Source: Saccostrea cucullata | Taxonomy: Eukaryota | Assembly (NCBI RefSeq): GCF_032062105.1 | Contig: NW_026927023.1 | Span: 1-64,000 of the forward strand | Direction of reading: 5' to 3' | Length of the DNA stretch: 64,000 nucleotides | In this document: one piece after another, positions 63,171 through 64,000 of the stretch | Position numbering within the stretch: position 1 is the first letter of the stretch | How the letters are laid out: each line of letters begins with the position of its first letter | Program-made: the position numbers and the translations under genes | The notes under the pieces: generated by a model | Databases searched by the model: none | Told to the model about the DNA's origin: nothing | The model's input: the letters and a program-made list of their open reading frames with translations, nothing else

Positions 63171-64000
63171 GCTGGTTTCACTTTATATTAATATTAGCCT
63201 CGATCTCGTTTAAAGAGGAAGTATTAAGCAATCGCATTTTCAATTTATATGATAACTGCACTGGTAAGTGCGCCGAAGATAAACTAAAAAAAACAAAACT
63301 TAAACAAAAAACATGACCGGTCATTTGGACCGATACTGATGGCATTTTTACCGGTCACGTGCATTTTTAATCGGTTTTGCCGGCATGACCGGCAGTTTTC
63401 CACAACTCTGATTTCAGAAAACAATTCTCGACCTCCGCGGTTATCCTGCAACACTCACAACAAAGACTTTATTTCTATTCTACTAAGAGCTATGTAGTAA
63501 TGGGAATCATTTCCTCTAGAAACGGGAAACGAATTAGGTCACCATGTCTCGATTAACACTGTTTTATTTAACATCAGCGGGTAAATTTGTTATGTTACCT
63601 GCGTACGGAAGGCAGACTATTTCAGCTTTCGCTGCATTAAAAATAGCCATTTATTTATTTATTTGTTTGCGTTATAAATTCATCATTTTTCAAAGTGAGA
63701 AAATTAGTTTTCTATTTTATTGCTTTATCACTAAACTCACAAAGATCAAATACGGTGTAACTATAAAAACCTACATTCACCAGCTATTTTATGCAATATA
63801 CAGTAATATCAGAGCTCCAGATAAGGTGCGTATTTGCAGACATACGCTTTGAATTTTACAAAATACGCATTGGAAATTAAAATAGGGCGTATAATTAAGC
63901 ATTAGCAATCGTAGATAATTATTACACCACAAAAGCACTGCATACAACAGGTTGAAAAATACAGGTACAACTTACTTAGTGATATGAATTGCAGTTTAAC

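Larger units (their letters stand above)
57942..63410 (-). mobile_element. hAT transposon (ZNF862-like transposase) with 6-bp TSD
   Basis: 17-bp TIR cagagttgtggaaaact; atttca at 57936-57941 and 63411-63416; subterminal (t)gaccgg repeats. Confidence 0.88.

Overview
AT-rich, intron-containing animal DNA, most likely an oyster (Ostreidae); this is inferred from the 166-bp Cg170-type repeats inside Helentron-derived elements, the SINE types and a C1q-domain gene. Two host genes could be rebuilt by hand. The first is a 5-exon, 320-aa peropsin/retinochrome-like opsin (minus strand, 5655-13849) that keeps K296 and E181 but has lost several GPCR activation motifs. The second is a 2-exon secreted coiled-coil + gC1q gene (18061-19785). 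There is also one orphan ORF or pseudogene (34068-35818). Most of the rest is nested transposable elements: an Ngaro retrotransposon with an SGNH-hydrolase ORF inside opsin intron 2; a Penelope-like RT relic; a DIRS1-like element stretched to 14.8 kb; inside it an ISL2EU transposon (intact spliced THAP-DDE transposase facing a SWIM-YqaJ gene); a hAT with a 6-bp TSD; a Tc1 relic; at least 12 non-autonomous Helentron (HINE) elements; SINEs; and several MITEs. Best leads: the probably non-signalling opsin, the two-gene ISL2EU system with a duplicated intron/uORF leader, a SINE whose tRNA head is replaced by a structured leader, the apparently splice-dependent Ngaro hydrolase, and rearrangements anchored at HINE termini. 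All coordinates and family calls were read by eye, with no database searches.
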